From Planctomycetota bacterium (GTDB lineage Bacteria > Planctomycetota > PLA2 > JAEUHO01), in the NCBI GenBank assembly GCA_050248855.1, contig JBFWRP010000004.1:96001-160000 (forward strand): DNA of 64,000 bases. Reading direction: 5' to 3'. Below the pieces are notes generated by a model. It made no database searches. It was not told the origin of the DNA and saw nothing but the letters and a program-made list of their open reading frames with translations. Position numbers and translations under genes: made by a program. Position 1 is the stretch's first letter. Each line of letters starts with the position of its first letter. Shown here in pieces: positions 59,471-64,000 of this stretch.

Positions 59471-60465
59471 CGCGGGCGCTCCGAGGGTCGCCCGCGGCGC
59501 AGGCGGTCGGTCGAGGCCAACAGCCCCCATGGCACGTCCAGCCCCTGGCGGTCGCACGCTTCGAGGTCGATCCACGTCCGCATCGCGGACACCGCGCGCT
59601 CCCGGGGCGCGTCCTCTTCGGCCAGCGCCAAGCGCCGCGCCACGTCGGCTGTCACGCGCCCGATCAGGTCGTGGTCCGGCACGAGCACGAGCGCCGCCCC
59701 GTCGCCGAAGCGTCCGCGGTCGTCGCTGACCAGCGGAGCGCCACCGGCACGCGCCGCCGCAAGGGCCTGGTCGAAGGGCGCGCGCGGCGCCGCATCCAGC
59801 CTGAGGTGCAGGACCGCATCGAACACCACGCCTTCGCCTTCGCGACCGGGTGTGCGTTCCCCGACGACGTCCACCTCGGCCGCCGCGAGGAACCGCGTGA
59901 CCGTGGCCTCGGCGCCCGCGCCGCGCCAGAGCACGCGCGGTCGCTCGCGTCCGCACCACGCGCGCAGGCGCTCCCCCACCCACGCCGCCTCCGCCAGGCC
60001 CCGCACGACACCGCGCCGCGGAGCCGCGGGCACGGCCGCGTCCAGCGGCTCGCCGGCAATGGCGTAGCCCGTGCGCGCCACCACGTGCGGCAGCGCCGCC
60101 AGCGCCGCCAGCTCGACGGGCGGCAGGGCCTCGCCCACGACGAAGAGCCAGGGCTCGACGTCGCCGCGCGCGCGCGCGGCCTCGAAGCGCTCGCGCCAAC
60201 GACGCACGAGCGCCTCCGGGCCCTGGTCCGGTGGCGGAAGCTCCTCGCAGACGCGCTGCCAGCGGGCACGCTCGAGCCCCAGGCGGATGCCCTCGTACAG
60301 CGCCTGGGCGCCGGCGTCGCCGCGTTCGATCACGGCCCCGTGGACGCAGGCGGGGCTGCCGGCCTCGTCGCCTCCGCGCGCCGGCGCCGCGCTGGCGACG
60401 ATCGTGGCCACGAGGCCCAGCAGGGCGAAGAGGCGGACAAGGTGGCCGGGCGGGGACGGGGACAC
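59467..60465 (-). CDS. Exported protein, periplasmic-binding-protein-like
   Basis: Signal peptide. C-terminal GAALVLVPDHDLIGRVTA...IDLEACDRQGLDVP resembles ABC substrate-binding proteins encoded next to kinases. GTGA overlap with the kinase. Confidence 0.6.
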   Translation of the reverse strand: MSPSPPGHLVRLFALLGLVATIVASAAPARGGDEAGSPACVHGAVIERGDAGAQALYEGIRLGLERARWQRVCEELPPPDQGPEALVRRWRERFEAARARGDVEPWLFVVGEALPPVELAALAALPHVVARTGYAIAGEPLDAAVPAAPRRGVVRGLAEAAWVGERLRAWCGRERPRVLWRGAGAEATVTRFLAAAEVDVVGERTPGREGEGVVFDAVLHLRLDAAPRAPFDQALAAARAGGAPLVSDDRGRFGDGAALVLVPDHDLIGRVTADVARRLALAEEDAPRERAVSAMRTWIDLEACDRQGLDVPWGLLASTDRLRRGRPSERPR

Positions 60466-60471
60466 GGCCCC

Positions 60472-60481
60472 ACACTACGCT
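60472..60481. promoter_or_regulatory. Putative overlapping bidirectional -10 elements
   Basis: Minus-strand TAGTGT (60472-60477) lies 6 nt before GTG 60465. Plus-strand TACGCT (60476-60481) lies upstream of the tsaD SD. The two share the central TA. Confidence 0.45.
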
Positions 60482-60516
60482 CGGGGCCCCTTCGAACGCA
60501 GGAGCCGACCTCGACC

Positions 60517-61545
60517 ATGCGCGTGCTGGGCATCGACACGAGCTGCGACGACACCGCCGCCGCCGTCCTGGACGGCCCGCGCACGGTGCTCAGCAACGTC
60601 GTGGCGTCGCAGCACGACCTCCACGCCGCGTTCGGCGGCGTCGTGCCCGAGATCGCCAGCCGCGCGCATGCGGAGCGGATCAGTGCCGTGATCGCCACGG
60701 CGCTCGCGGAGGCCGGGGCGACGCCGGCGTCGCTGGACGCCATCGCCGTCACGAACCGCCCCGGCTTGGTCGGCTCCTTGCTCGTCGGCGTGGCCGCGGC
60801 CAAGACCCTGGCCTGGGCCTGGGACCTGCCGCTGGTCGGCGTCCACCACATCGAGGCGCACGTGCTCTCCGCACTGGCCGACCACCCCCAGCTGGAGCCG
60901 CCGTTCGTATCCCTCGTGGCCTCCGGCGGCCACACCGCGCTGTACCTCGCCGAGGACCTGGCCACGATCCACTGCCTCGGCGCCACCGTGGACGACGCCG
61001 CGGGCGAGAGCTTCGACAAGGTCGCCGTGCTGCTCGACCTCCCCCAGCCCGGAGGCCCGCACGTCTCGCGGCTGGCCGAGGCGGGCAATCCGCAGGCGGT
61101 GCGCTTCCCCCGTTCGCGCCCGGGCGCCGACCCGATGGGCTTCTCGTTCTCGGGGCTCAAGACGGCCGTGCTCTACCACCTCAAGGGCCCGGGCGGAAAG
61201 CGCGACGCGCCTGACCGACCCGACCTCGAGACGTCACCCGCCGACGTGGCTGCGTCCTTCGAGATGGCCGTGGTCGACGTGCTCGCGACGCGCACGTGCG
61301 AGGCGGTCGCCGCCACGGGCGTGCGACGCGTCGCGATCGGCGGCGGCGTGGCGGCCAATCGCACGCTGCGACGCGTGCTGGCCGAGCGGCTGCCGCGCGA
61401 CGTGCCGCTCTACGCCCCCTCGCCCACGCTCTGCGTGGACAACGGCGCCATGATCGCGCTGCGCGGCCATGCGCTGTTGGAGCAGGGCGTTCGCTCCAGC
61501 CTGGATCTTGAGGTGTGCGCGACCGGGGACGACGCGGCAGGGTAG
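60517..61545 (+). CDS. tsaD: tRNA N6-adenosine threonylcarbamoyltransferase
   Basis: LGIDTSCDDT, GGVVPEIASRAH, PGLVGSL, HHIEAH, SGGHT, DDAAGESFDK, FSFSGLKT, GGVAAN, DNGAMIA. Confidence 0.97.
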   Translation: MRVLGIDTSCDDTAAAVLDGPRTVLSNVVASQHDLHAAFGGVVPEIASRAHAERISAVIATALAEAGATPASLDAIAVTNRPGLVGSLLVGVAAAKTLAWAWDLPLVGVHHIEAHVLSALADHPQLEPPFVSLVASGGHTALYLAEDLATIHCLGATVDDAAGESFDKVAVLLDLPQPGGPHVSRLAEAGNPQAVRFPRSRPGADPMGFSFSGLKTAVLYHLKGPGGKRDAPDRPDLETSPADVAASFEMAVVDVLATRTCEAVAATGVRRVAIGGGVAANRTLRRVLAERLPRDVPLYAPSPTLCVDNGAMIALRGHALLEQGVRSSLDLEVCATGDDAAG

Positions 61546-62862
61546 CTACCGGCCGAGCAGGCGAACCGCTTCGGCCAGCTGGGGATCGAGCTCGTCGGCG
61601 GGGACGTCCGGATAGCGCGGCGCCTCGCCCCACGGGACGCCCTCTTCGTTGCCCCACTGCTGCAGGAGGCGCAGCTCCTGCTCGGCCGTGAGCTCGACGA
61701 CCACGTCGGGCAGCAGCCCCGCGGGCTCGTGGTTGCCCGAGACGCCTTCCCCGGCCGCGTCGCCCGGGGCTTGGAACGAGCGCCCGCTGGGCAGGTAGTA
61801 GCGCGACGTCGTCAGCTTCAGGCCCGCTCCGCGGCGCGGGATCTCAACGATCGACTGCACGAGGAACTTGCCGTAGGTGCGCGTGCCCGCGACGACCGCA
61901 CGCCGGTGGTCCTGGAAGGCGCCCGCCACGACCTCGCTGGCACTCGCGCTGCGGCCGTCGACGAGGACCACGATGGGCAGGCCCAACAGGTCGGAGGGCT
62001 CGGCCCGCGCGCTGATCGAGCGATTGCCCTCGCGCACGCGACCCTCCATGCGCACGATCACGCCGCGGTCGAGGAAGCGGTCCACGAGGTCGGTGGCCAC
62101 GGTGAGCAGCCCGCCGCCGTTGTGGCGCAGGTCCAGGACGAGCGCTTCGATGCGCGGGGGGGCGAAGAAGGCCGCGAGGTCCTGCTCGATCTCGTGCGCG
62201 GTCTCCTCGGTGAAATCGGTCAGACGCAGCACGCCGATGCGCCCGCCGGGGCCGACGCGCCGCGTGAAGGTGGTCGGGGGCCGGATCACGTCGCGGGTGA
62301 CGTCCACGCGCCGCGCCGTGGCGTGCAGCGCGCCGCCCTCCGGTCGCGGGCCGGGAGCGACGGCAACCGTCACCACGCTGCCTGCGGTGCCCTTCAGCCA
62401 ACGGGTCACCGTGTCGATGTCGACGCCCTCCAGGCGCTGCCCCTGGACGGCCGTGATCGTCTCGCCGGGCACGATGCCGGCGCGCGCGGCGGGGCCGTCG
62501 GGCCACACCCCCACGACGTGCAGCCCCTCGGGTACCGCATCGATCTTGACGCCCAGGCCCGCGTAGCGGCCCTGCGTGTCTTCCTTCCAGCGGAGGTAGC
62601 GCTCGGGCGGGATGAACTCGCAGTAGCGATCGAAATGGACGTAGGCGTCCATCGCCCGGTAGAAGGCCTCGCGCGCCGCCTCGCCATCGAGCTCGTCGAC
62701 GTAGCTGGCCTGCACCTGCTCGCGCACGAAGCGCGCCATCGGCTCGTCCCACCAGGTCTCGGCGCCGCCGCCCCGGGCCCCAGCGCGCCGCGAGGCAAAG
62801 ACGAACGCCGCGAACAGCAGCAGGATCGAGAGGCTGAGGACGGCAGCGGTCAGCGGTCGCAT
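61546..62862 (-). CDS. S41 family C-terminal processing peptidase (CtpA-like)
   Basis: PDZ GLGV, LDLRHNGGG, SASASEVVAG, TYGK, LKLTTSRYYLPSG, DPQL. Confidence 0.92.
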   Translation of the reverse strand: MRPLTAAVLSLSILLLFAAFVFASRRAGARGGGAETWWDEPMARFVREQVQASYVDELDGEAAREAFYRAMDAYVHFDRYCEFIPPERYLRWKEDTQGRYAGLGVKIDAVPEGLHVVGVWPDGPAARAGIVPGETITAVQGQRLEGVDIDTVTRWLKGTAGSVVTVAVAPGPRPEGGALHATARRVDVTRDVIRPPTTFTRRVGPGGRIGVLRLTDFTEETAHEIEQDLAAFFAPPRIEALVLDLRHNGGGLLTVATDLVDRFLDRGVIVRMEGRVREGNRSISARAEPSDLLGLPIVVLVDGRSASASEVVAGAFQDHRRAVVAGTRTYGKFLVQSIVEIPRRGAGLKLTTSRYYLPSGRSFQAPGDAAGEGVSGNHEPAGLLPDVVVELTAEQELRLLQQWGNEEGVPWGEAPRYPDVPADELDPQLAEAVRLLGR

Positions 62863-62901
62863 CCGCGCTCCTTCGTCGGCAGTCGGTCGGGGTGCCCGCC
62901 G

Positions 62902-64000
62902 TCAGGCCGACGGGTCCGCCGACGCACCGGGGAGATCGGGCGGCTCCCCGGGGGTCGGCCCGTCGAGGCTACCGAGGAGTTCGGGATCGAGCGGAGCGAT
63001 CTTCCTGCGCTTGCGCTTGCCGCGGGTCGGCGAGAGGGCCCGCATGGACTCGAGACGGCCGTAGCACAGCATCCGGTCGTGGGCCTCGATCACGCGGTGC
63101 CCGCGGGGGTTGGAGATCACGCCCGTGCCGCGCTGCAGCGTCAGCACGACGATGTCCTTCTCGCGCAGCCCCGAGGTCTCGATGGTCCGCCCGACGAGCT
63201 CGTGGGCGGCGGGAATCGAGATCTCGGCCACCCCGTAGCCGCGGGTCACGGTGAGGCGCTGGCGCAGGTCGATCTCGGGGAAGTCCGTCTGGTCGGCGAT
63301 GTAGTCGACGATGGCGCCGGCGACGTCGAGCCCCGTAGCGTGCTCGATGCCTTCCAACCCCGGCGAGCTGTTGACCTCCATGACCAGCGGACCCTCGTCG
63401 CTCTCGAGCAGGTCCACGCCGGCCACCCGGAGCCCCATGATCTGGGCGGCGCGCACGGCCGTCGTCTCGAAGGCCGGCTCCAGCTGGACCGCGCCCACCG
63501 TGCCGCCGCGGTGGACGTTGCTGCGGAACTCGTCGCCCTGCGCGGTGCGGCGCATGGCCGCCACGACGCGGTCGCCGACCACGATCGCCCGGAGGTCGGT
63601 GCCCCGGCTCTCGCGGATGAAGCGCTGCACGAGCACGTTCTGCCGGGCGGACTGCAGGGTCTCGATGATCGCCTCGGCGACCTTGGTGGTCTCGGCCAGG
63701 ATCACGCCGACTCCCTGCGTGCCCTCGAGGATCTTGATGATGATGGGCGCGCCGCCCAGGCGTTCGATGGCCGGGAGCACGTCCTCGCGATCGCGCACGA
63801 ACGTCGTGTGCGGGATGCCGATGTCGTGCCGGGACAGGATCTGGAGCGAGCGCAGCTTGTCGCGCGCGTTGGCAATGCCGTTCGCCGTGTTGGGCGTGTA
63901 CACGTCCATCTGCTCGAACTGGCGGACGACGGCCGTACCGAAGTACGTCACGGAGGCCCCGATGCGCGGCAGGATCGCGTCGACGCGACGCATGGGCTTG
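62902..64000 (-). CDS. RimK-family ATP-grasp glutamate ligase with C-terminal RCK/TrkA-C domain, 5' partial
   Basis: DAILPRIGAS, RDKLRSLQ, GTQGVGV, EFRSNVHRGG, AGVDL, EVNSSPGLEG, then LVGRTI..SGLRE...NPRG. Frame is open to the window edge. Confidence 0.9.
   Translation of the reverse strand, partial: KPMRRVDAILPRIGASVTYFGTAVVRQFEQMDVYTPNTANGIANARDKLRSLQILSRHDIGIPHTTFVRDREDVLPAIERLGGAPIIIKILEGTQGVGVILAETTKVAEAIIETLQSARQNVLVQRFIRESRGTDLRAIVVGDRVVAAMRRTAQGDEFRSNVHRGGTVGAVQLEPAFETTAVRAAQIMGLRVAGVDLLESDEGPLVMEVNSSPGLEGIEHATGLDVAGAIVDYIADQTDFPEIDLRQRLTVTRGYGVAEISIPAAHELVGRTIETSGLREKDIVVLTLQRGTGVISNPRGHRVIEAHDRMLCYGRLESMRALSPTRGKRKRRKIAPLDPELLGSLDGPTPGEPPDLPGASADPSA

Overview
Very GC-rich, gene-dense bacterial chromosome segment. 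Gene content (HEAT+VWA proteins, DUF58/BatA pairs, a carboxypeptidase-regulatory-like repeat protein, RimK with a C-terminal RCK domain) suggests a Planctomycetota-like organism; this is inference only. About 53 CDS and one tRNA-Glu(TTC) can be supported. Most are housekeeping or envelope genes: guaB, guaA, purF, valS, ahcY, dxs, ispA, xseA, xseB, nadK, xerC, tsaD, a pabB-like gene, an ArnT-type lipid A modification cluster, a P-type ATPase, a MacB-type ABC transporter and a two-component system. I see no prophage, CRISPR array, transposase or recognisable defence system. The most notable signals are: (1) three related intergenic palindromic elements sharing a GTCTGTT apical loop and CGGCGACGAC/GAGGAGCCG arms, one with 25-bp terminal inverted repeats and two with a 42-bp identical core and stems that differ in sequence but still pair; (2) open but catalytically eroded ORFs (a HemC-like protein without the cofactor Cys, a HemG/HemY-like protein with a probable CTG start and no C-terminal motif, a rhomboid-like protein, a CxxC-less thioredoxin fold); (3) two DUF58+BatA modules with no MoxR in the window, one coupled to a MacB-type ABC transporter; (4) a rearranged ymdB-xseA-xseB-ispA-dxs-nadK cluster; (5) repeated TANNNT-N6-8-start (leaderless-type) promoter motifs. 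Start codons were picked by eye and no database searches were run.
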